64,000 nt of DNA from contig NC_043006.1 of assembly GCF_006345805.1 (NCBI RefSeq), forward strand, positions 47,120,001 through 47,184,000, in the 5' to 3' direction. This DNA is from Octopus sinensis. Taxonomy: Eukaryota. Below, one piece after another: positions 50,393 to 64,000 of the stretch; the first letter of the stretch is position 1; the number at the start of each line of letters is the position of its first letter. Made by a program: the position numbers and the translations under genes. The notes under the pieces are model-generated. The model searched no databases, was not told the DNA's origin, and worked only from the letters and a program-made list of their open reading frames with translations.

Positions 50393-51999
50393 TAATAATA
50401 AGTCATTGCACCATCTTAAAAAAATGCATCATTATAAATATCGAATCCACTTTGAACAAAAGGAGCTCTTTTCTCACCTGGAACGATTTCCCCCCTAAAA
50501 CTAATTCATTGAAACTAAAGCTGAATAAGCTAAAAATCAATTTTATTTTTTTTAAATGTGGGAGGTTAATGTGAAACACTTGCGAATCGCCACGAGTTAA
50601 ACTATTCACAACTATTAGTGTATAAACTAAACAATCTTGTAAAGAAATAGACAACAAAATATAGCTGAGCAGTTCTGAACAATTGGGTGACATTTTTGTT
50701 TTTACTATAGTTTTTAAAGTCACGTTCTCAGCAGGTATGAGCGTGTCTATTCTACAACGAAGCATATTTACATCCTACTAAGTTGCATGTCACATTGACT
50801 TCTTGGATGTTTAAGATTTTATTTGTATATTACATCCGTTGTTATTTTTATTGTAGCATTGTTATATTTCTGGTGGCATTATAGGTACTATGATATTATG
50901 CATGTATTAATTTCTGATTAAAGTGCATAAGATGTAAGTTACTTTGCTTTCTACATTACATGAAGATATATTTTCATGAAAGTGAGACTTTATGCACAAA
51001 CACACATACAGAGACACGAACACGCGCACATTCACAATTTACATTCCCAGGAAATAGGGTTTCTCACTATAGTTCAAATGGTTTTTAGTTATTACTAAAC
51101 CCAAAGGCATTAATTGAATACTGTAAAAAGAGGCATGAATTGATTACAATGAAACTTTTGAGAGTGCTCACTGCATGAAAATTCTGAAAAATTAGTAACA
51201 ATAGCAAACAGTTACCCAACGTGAGTCATCAGTAAAAATATATTAATTATTATATTGATTAGGAGGATCGGAGGACTGACTGCTTTCTTAGAACATCAGA
51301 AAATATCTGCAGAATATTTTCTGGTTCTATATGTTGTGGGCTTAAAAAACTTCGAAATAAATTTTGCCAATTTTTTTTTTTTTCGGGGTCGAAGTACATG
51401 TCAGCTTATATGGCCAATGGAATCTGCTAACCCACCCCTTTCAAAAGTACAGGCATTGAGCCTAAATTAGAAATCATTGTATCGATTCCATTAAAAAGAT
51501 AGAATTATTAAACAGGAAATCAATTCCTGTTAGAAGAAATTTTCAAGAGGAACAAATCTGTATTTACACTTCTACTTATCACCAATCTTCAGAAGCATGT
51601 CAAGTTAGAATAAAAGTTACTGAGTGCGATAATAATTTTCAGCCTCTGAAATCAGACGGTGAGTTGTAGGCGACAAGCTGCTTATATCTTATAATTTCAG
51701 TATGGACTTAAGTCGTTAAATGACAATGGAGAAAAGTCGTAAATTATGAATGAATATTAATATGAGATACAATGTAGTATATTGTACAAAATCCAAATTG
51801 CATGACCGTAAATAAAAACATTAATTCCTTTTTTTATTAGATGATCTTATATGGGGTAATCAGACTTGTCAGAGATTCAAAAATAAACTAGAAATTAACA
51901 AACTGTGCCACGCAGCAAATATATATCAAAACTAGATATGGGAAGTATGAGATTTCAGAAAGGCGTTAGACTAGCATTTATATAATATTCGCAGGTCAT

Positions 52000-52800
52000 A
52001 GCTATCATTGCGTTGGTCAGTAACTGATTGTTACAACCGTGTAGCTATTTCAAATAGCCTTTTAATTTTCTATAGGCATAGTGTCTTCTTTCTGTTTTTA
52101 TTTTGCTTTGTTCATGCGAATATTTATCGTTGTCCATCATATGCCAGATGCAAGTATATTATGGGTTGTTGGAATGGATTCCATGCTTCGTGTAGGACGG
52201 TTGGTTACAAACTCAGAGAGCTATACCGAACATAATTCCGCTTCTTTCGGGGGGGGGAGAAATGGTTGTATATTTTTGCCAGGACAATATAGATGCATAT
52301 ATATATTTTTTTTTTTCTATCAGAATTTCGAGAGATCTTTATTTTCTATCATTGTATATTTGATTCACACTTGTCTGCACAGTTTTAAATATTCGCATGT
52401 GAGTAGCTTTCACGAAGTATTCAAGTATACGATTTTCTTTGAGACTACTCTGGCTGCTATGTATATATTAGTTGATTTATCCTAGGTGATATCGATGCGC
52501 ACATTTGTTTCCAGAACATCTATGATTGTAAAGTTTGCATGATTATATTTTTTTGTTATTACGCTGCTACTTTATAGTTAGGTTTTTATCTTTGGAATGC
52601 TTTATCATTGATACATAAACATAGGTACATATATCGATTTTAATTCTTTTTACGATTTTCTACAACCAGATTATTGACATATTGCACATTTCCACCTTTA
52701 TAACGTTCTACTATTAATATGTTTTCTGGTGTTCACTGGCTTTCATATTTCTGGTTCAAATTCGACCTTTCTTGCTCAATATCCAGTAGATAAACTGGGG
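52000..52800 (-). mobile_element. Highly decayed PLE RT-thumb/endonuclease region
   Basis: Scattered minus-strand matches (ICIYCPGKN, NYVRYSSLSL, IPKIKNLTIK) recalling PLE C-terminal motifs; many stops. Confidence 0.35.
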
Positions 52801-53154
52801 TTTGATTTTGATGCATATTGTACTGTCTGTAGTTCAACTTTCCTATATTCGTGACATAAGTACTGAAGATTTATATATTTTTTTATTTTCGTCGTTTCTA
52901 TTTAAGATACGCATTCTTTCGCTTGTTATACTATTCCCTAGAGTGTATTTTCTTAATGTGTCCTTTATTTCACGTGTTCTATTTCTATATCTGTTTATTC
53001 TTATTCTGTTGGGATCTAAAGTCACTTGCGGAACAATTTTATTTCTCAGCAGACATTATTACGTACATGTATGTTGTTATAGTTTCATTTTCGATGTAGA
53101 AATAGCTGTAAAATTTGCATGTTGTATAATGACGGACGGACTGACTGATTCACA

Positions 53155-53384
53155 AGTAAACTGGCTGTGGTAAGAAGCTTTCTTCCCAACCACATAGCTC
53201 CGGATTCAGTCACACACCGTGGCACCTCAGGCAAGTGTCTTCAACCATAGCCTCGGACCGAACAAAGCCTTGTGATGAGTCGATTTAGTAGACAGAAACT
53301 GTCCGTCGTGTATATATACGTATGTATGTATGTATGTATGTATGTATGTATGTATGTATGTATGTATGTATGTATGTATGTATG

Positions 53385-53464
<80 letters not shown>

Positions 53465-53688
53465 CTTTATTTAAAAGTAGCAGAAATATAACAAAAGCTG
53501 TTACTCAAAGTTTCACATTCCCGTTCATATGTATATATATGTTGTGCGTGTGTTTGTGTGCTTGTGTGTGCATGTGTGTCTATGTTTGTCCTCCAACCAT
53601 CGCTTGACAACCGATGTTTGTGTTTTTATGTCCCCGTAACTTAGCGGTTCTGCAAAAACGACCGATAGAATAAGTGTTAGGCCTACAA
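53155..53688 (+). mobile_element. Family A SINE with expanded internal (TATG)n/(TA)n, 3' truncated
   Basis: Head ggctgtggtaagaagc...ggcacctcaggcaagtgtctt; 3' part catcgcttgacaaccg...gatagaataagtgttaggc. Confidence 0.8.
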
Positions 53689-54671
53689 CTTCATTCAATC
53701 TTGTGCTTCTGTGACTTTAGAAGGTTGTTTGCCATCTTGTAAAAATCTTTTTAAAAAGACACACGCATTCACTCATACATACACACACACAAGGCGAGCG
53801 TACACATAGGCGCATGCACACACACAAGCACATACACACACTGTAGAAACCATTATTATTGGGAGAATATTATATGCCCTCTAAACTGCTCATATAGTAG
53901 TTATCTTCTTGAGTTTTTCGAACAAATCTAATACAATTTTCCTATACGCTACATTTGGCTTGCAACATAGTTATCAGTTATGTAGAAACCTATCTTAGAA
54001 TCCCTGAGACACGATTTCCAATGGCTGACTAGAGGTGGGAGGACTTTCACCAATGTAGTAGGAGGTGGGGTGAAAGCTCTGATAAGGAGGTGAGAGGTGT
54101 AACGGCTTGATAGAGAGAATGGGACAGCGGCCGTTGACATTGAATCTCAAAAGCCAGTTTATAGTTTTGCTAGATTGGCATTTGAAACACAATATTTCTC
54201 TTAATTTTTACGGAAATTTAGGATAAAATTATTTTCTGTAACTTATAATGTCATCATATTTACCAAATATTAATATACGAGAAGATGCTGACAATTTCCT
54301 GGCTTTGGGTAAAATAAAATACAAGAAGATCAATTAATTATCATTTTATTCAACATGTTCCCTTCTCAGAGTTACACAATCAGTTTTTCTAAGCCCTCTA
54401 AATGAACTTAAAATGTTGTGCTTCCAAACTGGTTTTTCTCGACACCCTTATAATATATATATTACATGCTCACACATACATGTCTATACATATATTTATA
54501 TGAGGGTGTGCTGCAATTTCCCTGCTTTGGATAAAATAAAGGTTCAGTTAATTATGACTTTATCCACATGTTCACCTCACAGAATCACACACTTAACAGG
54601 CCCTTCAGTTCTTGTGTTTTTTGTATGTTATGTTTGATTATGTTTTTAAAATTGGTAGTTGAACTAAAACT

Positions 54672-55406
54672 AATTTTTAAAAACATAATCAAACATAACA
54701 TACAAGAAACACCACAAACAAACAGCTGTTCATGCAGGAATAAAGAATTGTGCCCGCTAAATGGAGCTTGCATGTCCAAGACCATCATATATGAAGCTAC
54801 CGTAAACTCTATAACCACTAAAGACACCGTTTCGACGAAGAAATACGTGGGCCTTACAGAGGGTAATTTCAAGGCCAGGTTCAATAACCACACTTTGAGC
54901 TTTAGGCACTGGAACAAAAGAAAAGCGACACAATTATCTAATCATATTTGGTCTTTAAGAGATAAAGGTGTCGATTATAACATACAATGGAAGATTTTGG
55001 CCAGATGTAAGCCCTATACCAACGGCAGCGGAAGGTGCGGTCTATGCGACATGGAGAGATGGCTTATCTGGAAAAGCAGCTTAGACCCTACTACATGTCT
55101 AAATACAAGGACAGAACTTTTCGGATCATGCCCACATGTGACTAAATTTCTGTTACGTTTTTCGTCCCCTAAAGAAAACAGATAGAACATGCTTTCTATG
55201 TTATGTCCCAAGAAGATTTTATATATTTTTATATATTTTTATATATTTTTTATGTATTTTTATATAATTTTTATGACGAAAAATGCGAGCGAAGTACGCA
55301 GACAAGCAGAGTTATAACACAGTAATTTCCCTTTATTTAACGGTATTTCCTCTATTTACATAATATTGAGGTCTCTTTCTTTCTTTTGTTATCTTACCGT
55401 TTTATC

Positions 55407-55410
<4 letters not shown>
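54672..55410 (+). mobile_element. PLE 3' end: open GIY-YIG endonuclease domain plus 3' UTR/pseudo-LTR
   Basis: Uninterrupted ~170 aa to stop at 55185: CSCRNKELCPLNGACMSKTIIYEATV...KYVGLTEGNFKARFNNHTLSFRH...TQLSNHIWSLRDKG...WKILARCKPYTNGSGRCGLCDMER...LNTRTELFGSCPH. This is the Cys-rich GIY-YIG of Neptune-like PLEs. Confidence 0.88.
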
Positions 55411-55475
<65 letters not shown>

Positions 55476-56307
55476 GACGAGGTCGTGTTGAAAATACTTT
55501 TGGCTTTCGGTGAAAGTAAATACAGGAGGATCAGTGAATCAGCTAAGTAATGACTTTATTACACTTGTTCCCCTCTCAGATACACACACTTAATGCAGAG
55601 ACCCATCAGTTTATCTAAACCCTTTAAAAGAACGTGGAAAGTTGGGCCTCAAACCAAGCGTTTCGCGATACCCTTAAAGCCAGTCATTTTACAAAACTCC
55701 ATTGTATTTATTCTGGTGAAGCACAATTTGGTACTCTGTAAATTTATGCATGTTATGTATTAAACTCTGTGTACGTATGCCTTTCATTTATAGTGCGTAT
55801 GTATTGGGTTCAGTTAAACACGTGTTTGTTTCGTGTAGTTACACGTGACCAGCAGCCGAAAAATTAATACGAACGTTAGCCATACTGTACAACTGATAAT
55901 AGCAATTAATTGAAATAAAGATATTGATGCGACACTTCAGCAGATTTCTTTGAATATTTTTGTCTTTTGTTTCGAATGTATCTCGTTTAATCTCATCTCT
56001 GTATGATTTACAGGGTTCTGAAGTAGTAATATCACTTGGAATTCATTAGCGATTTGACATCATCATGATCATCATGATCACTATCATCGTCATAGGTGGC
56101 GTATACACCAATATTCTTTGTCATCGTCGTCGAACCCGTCGTTATCGTCATCACCAGCATCATTGCCGACTTCGTTGTCGTTTGTCGCCGTCGTCATCCT
56201 CATCAACGACATCATCATTATCGCTGATATTGAACTATCTGAATGAATGCAGTGATATGACTAGATCGATGTTTCTCGAAGCGGGAGCCAACCTCTCAGC
56301 AGTAAGT

Positions 56308-56357
<50 letters not shown>

Positions 56358-56759
56358 AGGGAAAATAAGAAGATGATGATGATTAGCTTCATGGGTCAAG
56401 AAAAAGACACGTGAAGATAGTAAAGATCCCTACGTAGGTCCACATTTCTGGTTGATCTATTCATGCCAGGCAAACAACTGGCATTTTTTTTTTTTGACAC
56501 GCGAATCTCTTTCGAACACTTTTTATATTATAGGACCTCCTAAGAATATGCCGATACAACCCATACGAAACCTGCAACTCGTTTGTGAAGCATAGGGTGA
56601 GAGCAACAGAATTTCGAAGAGGATCTAGGAAGGAACAAACGTTAATGATTGGGAATCGCAATGTAATTCTTACGAATAAAAATCAGAAAGTTGTGAAAAA
56701 GGTCAAACACGACATTTTAGTTGACTCGTGTATGCCACATGAGATACAGAGTGATTATC

Positions 56760-58080
56760 CCTAGTTTAAAAAGTGTGACAGGAGAGTGTTCTGATTATAC
56801 AGGTATCACCTTGTTCAAACCTTCCGGGTAAAGTCTTCGACAAATGTCTGGAAAATAGAATTTGGAAACTTCTCGGGCGCAATCAAGCTGAAGAACACCG
56901 TGGCTGCACTGTCAACGCTAGCACAACCGACTAGATATTCATCCTATTGCAGATATTCGAGAGTTAATGAGAATATTGCCATGATGTGTAGGCATTCTTT
57001 ATAGACCTAGAAAAGGCATATGACAGCGTGTTACGGAACATGCAATGGAATGTTTCGCAAGAGTTTAGGATTAATGGGCAACTTCAGGTTATCGTGAAGT
57101 CCCTATATGAATACACAGAATATTTGTGTTCAAGTAAATGGTGCTAAGTTCAAATACTTCAAGTTGGGTGTTGGACTTTGGAAAGGTTGCGTATTTTCAT
57201 ATCTCCTTTACATAATTGTCAAAATATGCGAATCCGTTGTGGAAGTGGGTATCATAATCAATATGTTTATGATCGGTCGATTGAAATATTTGCAGATGAT
57301 ATGGTACTTCTTCGCACATCAGAAAGAGCTCTCATACGAGCACTGATTGTGTTTGCTGCCATATATTGTAAGGTAAGAATGAAAATTTAGTGTTTCAAGG
57401 ACTGAGATATTGGACTTCTTTAAAAAGTCTTTCCGGTGACCACTTTAGGTTAGTAACTTATAAGCATACAGCATTTCATTATGCAAACATAATATGCTAT
57501 CAAATGTATCGAATGTTTTTAGAAGCCAATACCGGTTACTTTTGTGTTAGCAGCACACTTAATTCACGAGTTAAGATCATTTCAATAATAATTTTTGTTG
57601 CGTAACTGATTTCGTTACGTCGTAACAAAATCAGCGCTTGCAATAATTTGTATAGAAATTTCTATAGAAAATCTATAGAGGTGACTTTCACTGTAGGTTA
57701 GCGAAACATCACTAGCAATAGTAGAGAAGATTAAGTATCTCGGGCCGTGTTTGCGAGTAAAGGCAAGTTGAATTGGATGCTAGAATCACAGGTGCTGGTA
57801 CCGTAATGCTCTAAGTCCAGCATTCGATCTTCAGAAAGAGTTTAGTAAAAAAGGCAAACAATGTCTTTAATTCGGTTTCCATGCGTATCCTCATATATAG
57901 TTAAAAATGTTAGGCAAGAATCGAAAACTGTACGATCGGTTAAATACGGGAGCTGGCAAGTAAATACCATTTTCGAAGTGACGTTTCAATTGCGTTCTCT
58001 ATTACAGAAACCAACCTAAACTCATATAACTTAGAGCCATAAAGGGCAGTCCGTTGCTTAGAGTTGATGTTGTAAAAACT
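56760..58080 (+). mobile_element. Decayed RTE-clade LINE RT, interrupted at ~57470-57700
   Basis: GITL..LPGKVFDKCLENRI, FFIDLEKAYDSV, VQVNG...F.LGVGLWKGCV, IFADDMVLL, later VEKIKYLG; many stops and frameshifts. Confidence 0.8.
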
Positions 58081-58425
58081 CCCTATTCAAAATTCATTAC
58101 ATAAATTTCTTGATATAAACGAATTAGGGACATGTATGAACTGCTAAATGTATATTTATAATATCACCCACTTCCTTTCTCATTCATATGTTGTGGCGGA
58201 GAAAAACAAACGAGTATTCTTATAGTAGAAGTTAAGATACACGACGCTCACTTTGCTACTTCCTTTCTCTCTCATTGCTATTATTTTCTCTCACTCCCTC
58301 TCAGTCATGGCTATGATTCTCACTACTTCTCCTTCACTGAATTACTATTTTCGCTCCTCTCCCTTCACTTATACTACTTTTCTCTCACGCCCATATTGCG
58401 TGATTTTGGACATATATATATACAT

Positions 58426-58487
<62 letters not shown>

Positions 58488-58516
58488 TATATATGTATGT
58501 ATATATATATATATAT

Positions 58517-58892
58517 GCGTAGGAGTGGCTGTGTGGTAAGTAGCTTGATTACCAGCCTCATGGTTCCGGGTTCAATCCCACTGCGCGATAACTTGGGCAA
58601 GTGTCTTGTACTATAGCCTTGGGCCGACCAAAGCCTTGTCAGTGGAAATCTTGTAGACGGAAACTGAAAGAAGCCCGTCGTATATATATATGTGTGTGTG
58701 CGCGCGTGTGTGTATATGTTTGTGTGTCTGTGCTATCCCCCAAACATCGCTTGACGTGCGATGCCGGTTCGGCGAAACAGATCTATAGAATAAGTACTAG
58801 GCTTCCAAAGAATAAGTCCTGGGGTCGATTTGCTCGACTGAGGGTGGTGCTCCACTGTCAAATGACTGAAACAAGTAAAAGAGTAGAGAGAG
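58517..58892 (+). mobile_element. Family A SINE (internally deleted), copy in duplicated block A
   Basis: gcgtaggagtggctgtgtggtaagtagc...gaaacaagtaaaagagtagagag. Confidence 0.88.
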
Positions 58893-58931
58893 TATATATA
58901 TAAAACACTTCGACCATTATTATATTATATT

Positions 58932-58993
<62 letters not shown>

Positions 58994-59016
58994 TCACCAC
59001 CACCATCACCGCCACT

Positions 59017-59077
<61 letters not shown>

Positions 59078-59373
59078 TTATTATTATTATAATTATTACT
59101 ATCATTACTGTTGTGGTTAATATTTAATTTTTCCATCTTCGTATTAATGCCGGAACACAAATGTTGAGAAAGATGTAGTGGGGGGGGGGAGGATGACGAA
59201 AAAGAAGAAAGAGAGGGAATGCAAGTGATGTAGGACGAGGAGGAAGCGGAAGCAGATGAACGTAAATGAAATGGTGTGCAGAGAGCAAAATGAATGTTAC
59301 TGTCCATACGTCCGTTATCATAGTGACAACGGCGACACCGTCAAACAGTCCCCATGGTGGTGGTGTTGCTGCT

Positions 59374-59404
<31 letters not shown>

Positions 59405-59818
59405 ATGATGACGATGATGATGATGATAGTGATACTGATGCTGCACTAGCTCCATCTGGGATGGAAATAGAATCACTCTAGATTTAGAAGATATCTTATC
59501 ACTTAGAGCAATCGCAATTTGCTTCTGTCAAAAATTATGGCACTTTCTTTCCATTGTTCGTTTATCCTTGCCTCTCTTTCTCCACCCGCCCCCACGATCG
59601 ATCCTCCATTTCGACTTACATATACTGTTTATATACTATGTGTGCATACAGACAGTGATATGTGGGCAACTAGGTGTATAATATATATATAGCATATATG
59701 ATGTGTATATATATATATATATGGATATAATATGCATATATGTATGTGTATATATATATATATTGTATATATATATGCATATAGTATGTGTTATATATGT
59801 ATATATATATATATATGA

Positions 59819-59849
<31 letters not shown>

Positions 59850-60394
59850 ATATATATGTATATATATATGCATATATGTATGGTATATATATATATATGT
59901 ATATATATGCAATATGTATATTGTATATATATATATAATATATATATATATGTATGTATATATATATATATATGCGTAGGAGTGGCTGTGTGGTAAGTAG
60001 CTTGATTACCAGCCTCATGGTTCCGGGTTCAATCCCACTGCGCGATAACTTGGGCAAGTGTCTTGTACTATAGCCTTGGGCCGACCAAAGCCTTGTCAGT
60101 GGAAATCTTGTAGACGGAAACTGAAAGAAGCCCGTCGTATATATATATGTGTGTGTGCGCGCGTGTGTGTATATGTTTGTGTGTCTGTGCTATCCCCCAA
60201 ACATCGCTTGACGTGCGATGCCGGTTCGGCGAAACAGATCTATAAATAAGTACTAGGCTTCCAAAGAATAAGTCCTGGGGTCGATTTGCTCGACTGAGGG
60301 TGGTGCTCCACTGTCAAATGACTGAAACAAGTAAAAGAGTAGAGAGAGTATTATATAAAACACTTCGACCATTATTATATTATATTTACTACTA

Positions 60395-60456
<62 letters not shown>

Positions 60457-60486
60457 TCACCACCACCACCATCACCGCCACTACCA

Positions 60487-60542
<56 letters not shown>

Positions 60543-60834
60543 TTATTATTATTATAATTATTACTATCATTACTGTTGTGGTTAATATTTAATTTTTCCA
60601 TCTTCGTATTAATGCCGGAACACAAATGTTGAGAAAGATGTAGTGGAGGGGGGGGAGGATGACGAAAAAGAAGAAAGAGAGGGAATGCAAGTGATGTAGG
60701 ACGAGGAGAAGCGGAAGCAGATGAACGTAAATGAAATGGTTTGCAGAGAGCAAAATGAATGTTACTGTCCATACGTCCGTTATCATAGTGACAACGGCGA
60801 CACCGTCAAACAGTCCCCATGGTGGTGGTGTTGC

Positions 60835-60875
<41 letters not shown>

Positions 60876-61140
60876 ACGATGATGATGATGATAGTGATAC
60901 TGATGCTGCACTAGCTCCATCTGGGATGGAAATAGAATCACTCTAGATTTAGAAGATATCTTATCACTCAGAGCAATCGCAATTTGCTTCTGTCAAAAAT
61001 TATGGCACTTTCTTTCCATTGTTCGTTTATTCCTTGCCTCTCTTTCTCCACCCGCCCCCACGATCGATCCCTCCATTTCGACTTACATATACTGTTTATA
61101 TACTATGTGTGCATACAGACAGTGATATGTGGGCAACTAG
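58517..61140 (+). repeat. Near-identical ~1.46-kb tandem duplication (58517-59690 vs 59974-61140)
   Basis: SINE, (CTA)n, unique sequence, (GCT)n(GAT)n and unique sequence are all repeated at an offset of ~1457 bp; differences are mostly 1-bp indels. Confidence 0.9.
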
Positions 61141-61270
61141 GTGTATATATATATATATATATGCATATTGTATGTGTATATATATATATATGTATATATA
61201 TATGCATATATGTATGTGTATATATATATATATATGTATATATATATGCATATATGTATGTGTATATATG

Positions 61271-61320
<50 letters not shown>

Positions 61321-61400
61321 ATATATATATATGTATATATATATGCATATATGTATGTGTATATATATATAGTATATATATATGCATATATGTATTTGTA

Positions 61401-61456
<56 letters not shown>

Positions 61457-61690
61457 GTTTCTCTCTCACCTCTCACTCACTCACTTACACTCTTCTGTCC
61501 CTCTCCCTCTTCCTTTCTCTCTCTTCCTCTCTCTCTCTCTCTCTCTTTTTACGCAAAAACACGCACATATATCAACAAACACTCACAGACAACAAGGTAT
61601 CTTGTCATTGTCGGGAATCATATATACATATATAATATTATATATATATGTATATATATATATGTATATATATATATGTATATATATACT

Positions 61691-62131
61691 CTCTTACTCT
61701 TTTACTCTTTTACTTGTTTCAGTCATTTGGCAGCGGCGATGCTTGAGCACCGCCTTTAGTCGAGCAAATCGACCCGGGACTTATTCTGTAAGCCCCAGTA
61801 CTTATCCTATCGGTCTCTCTTTTGCCGAACCGCTAAGTGACGGGACCCGACGTAAACACACCAGCATCGGTTGTCAAGCAATGCTAGGGGGACAAACACA
61901 GACACACAAACACACACACACATACATATATACGTATATACATATATACGACAGGCTTCTTTCAGTTTCCGTCTACCAAATCCACTCACAAGGCATTGGT
62001 CGGTAGAAGACACTTGCCCAAGATGCCACGCAGTGGGACTGAACCCGGAACCATGTGGTTGGTTAGCAAGATACTTACCACACAGCCACTCCTGCGCCTA
62101 TATATACGTATATATATGTATATGTATATTG

Positions 62132-62177
<46 letters not shown>

Positions 62178-62614
62178 TAATATATATATGTGTATATATA
62201 TACTCTCTTACTCTTTTACTCTTTTACTTGTTTCAGTCATTTGGCAGCGGCGATGCTTGAGCACCGCCTTTAGTCGAGCAAATCGACCCGGGACTTATTC
62301 TTTGTAAGCCCAGTACTTATCCTATCATCGGTCTCTTTTGCCGAACCGCTAAGTGACGGGGACGTAAACACACACCAGCATCGGTTGTCAAGCAATGCTA
62401 GGGGGACAAACCACAGACACACAACACACACACACATACATATATACGTATATACATATATACGACAGGCTTCTTTCAGTTTCCGTCTACCAAATCCACT
62501 CACAAGGCATTGGTCGGTAGAAGACCACTTGCCCAAGATGCCACGCAGTGGGACTGAACCCGGAACCATGTGGTTGGTTAGCAAGATACTACCACACACA
62601 GCCACTCCTGCGCC
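61691..62614 (-). mobile_element. Two tandem near-identical family A SINEs (61691-62099, 62203-62614) with shared flanks
   Basis: The same private variants (cagcggcgatgcttgagcac, ggcattggtcggtagaaga) and the same flanking (TA) mosaics occur in both. Confidence 0.88.
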
Positions 62615-62721
62615 TATATATACGTATATATATGTATATGTATATTGTATATCATATATATATATATATATATATTTATTATATATTATCCTATCTATCT
62701 CTCTCTCGCTCCTATCTCATA

Positions 62722-62780
<59 letters not shown>

Positions 62781-63845
62781 AATGCGAAGACGAGAGAGAG
62801 GTAGTGAGAAAGACACAGAGAGAGTGAGAGAGAGGGTGAGGACAATACTTTCGTAACGCAATTTTATTAAATAAGCATATGAACTCAGTCTTATTCATAT
62901 GTATCTCTTGTTCTAGTTATCTTTAAAACTATCGCTTCATCTTTTTCTTGTCCTTCAATAAATTCTCTATCCTTTCGTCACACGCTACACACACACACAC
63001 ACACACATATTTGTACACATGTGTAGCTGAGTACAGATATGTGTGTGTGATTTTTACACTTGTCATGGTATAATTTTACATGCCTACATATAAAATGTTT
63101 TAAACTATAAATTAAACATAATTTCAGTAAGGGCTCATAGTAAATCTGTCAGAATAAATGGATGAGATTTTTGATGGCTCTAGTAAACTCATCGACTTCT
63201 ACGGGAAAACCTCGTCACTAAATATATTGGGGGCGCCGTTGCTGTAGTACAGGAATCTCATTTTAACTCAAAGGCATTCATTCCGTTAGATCACTTTCAT
63301 TATCATAATCAAATGCAGAATGTTCTAGTAATCAAATCGTGTGAATAGTCTATAAGCTAATGTTTCAATGTCCACAATTGTCCTCTGAAATATATCTCTG
63401 TATTTCTATAGATCAAAATTATTATCTTAGTTTTACAAATCTAAGCAAATATGATATGCGAATATTTACATAATCAGTGAGCATTGCAATGGTTATTTGG
63501 TCAATGATGCTGGAGCATAGAACTATATTAACACATCTAATATGGCTGCGCATGCTGGATTGGTTTGCTAACACAAATTCATGATGGCTGGTTTGCTACC
63601 GTTGGTCCCTCAGTGAGTCATATGAGGCCAGTACCTTCTCTTGCAAGCCGCAATACTGTCAATGCACTCTGAGTGAAAATTGTTACATATAAATGGTGTT
63701 CAAGCACAAACGTTATGTGCACGTGAGCGTGTGTACACACAACACACACACAACACACACGCACACACACACACGCACACACACACACATATATATATAT
63801 ATATGTATATATATATATGTATATATATATGTATATATATATCAC

Positions 63846-64000
63846 GTGACCACGTGACCGACCAGACCATCAGATGTTGTTACACATCGCTGGTCACAAT
63901 GCGTTCGCATTGTTTTAGCTTTCGAATGACGCCACCCCGCTGGCTAAGCGAGCAGGCCAACAGAAGAAAGAGTGGTGAAAGAGTACAGCAGGGATCACCA
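63846..64000 (-). mobile_element. 3' part of tRNA SINE family D (runs off the window)
   Basis: ...gaagaaagagtggtgaaagagtacagcagggatcacca matches 6047-6100 and is antisense to 40490-40530. Confidence 0.65.

Noticed and set aside
55270-55310. tgacga...gcgaagtacg possible hammerhead in the 3' UTR of the GIY-YIG PLE
   Set aside because: Position fits a pseudo-LTR, but the core and stems are too degraded to call.
56262-56305. Minus-strand CUGCUGA-GAGG...CUUC-GAGAAAC motif
   Set aside because: A6 substituted, two extra bases before GAAA, and no valid stem I or III; likely chance.
60984-62006. Longest ORF in the track (340 aa)
   Set aside because: Read-through of (TA)/(TG)/(CT) microsatellites and an antisense SINE; the YI/CI/LS repeats have no coding signature.

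Overview
AT-rich, repeat-dominated eukaryotic DNA. The SINE families, mariner and LINE relics and extreme microsatellite load match what I recall of Octopus (coleoid cephalopod) genomes; that assignment is recognition, not a database result. No intact protein-coding gene can be supported. Most ORFs in the track are read-throughs of (TA)n, (TATG)n, (GATA)n or triplet repeats. The window holds at least 4 tRNA-derived SINE families, mariner/pogo elements and MITEs, and fossils of RTE, R4/Dong, L1-Tx1, CR1 and Penelope-like (PLE) retroelements. The most striking signal is RNA-level: several distinct minimal type I hammerhead-ribozyme (HHR) motifs, as known from PLE pseudo-LTRs. The best case is a 363-bp head-to-tail array at 27551-28438. 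Each full unit carries an HHR with a compensatory U3:A8 core, a palindromic stem III and a long stem I, plus a second degenerate HHR-like motif and a string of short hairpins. The array is preceded by a 221-bp fold-back copy and embedded in (TA)n, an architecture resembling a retrozyme or circular-RNA-producing element. Near-identical tandem duplications at 58.5-62.6 kb look like assembly artefacts. No folding or homology search was run; all base pairings were read by eye.
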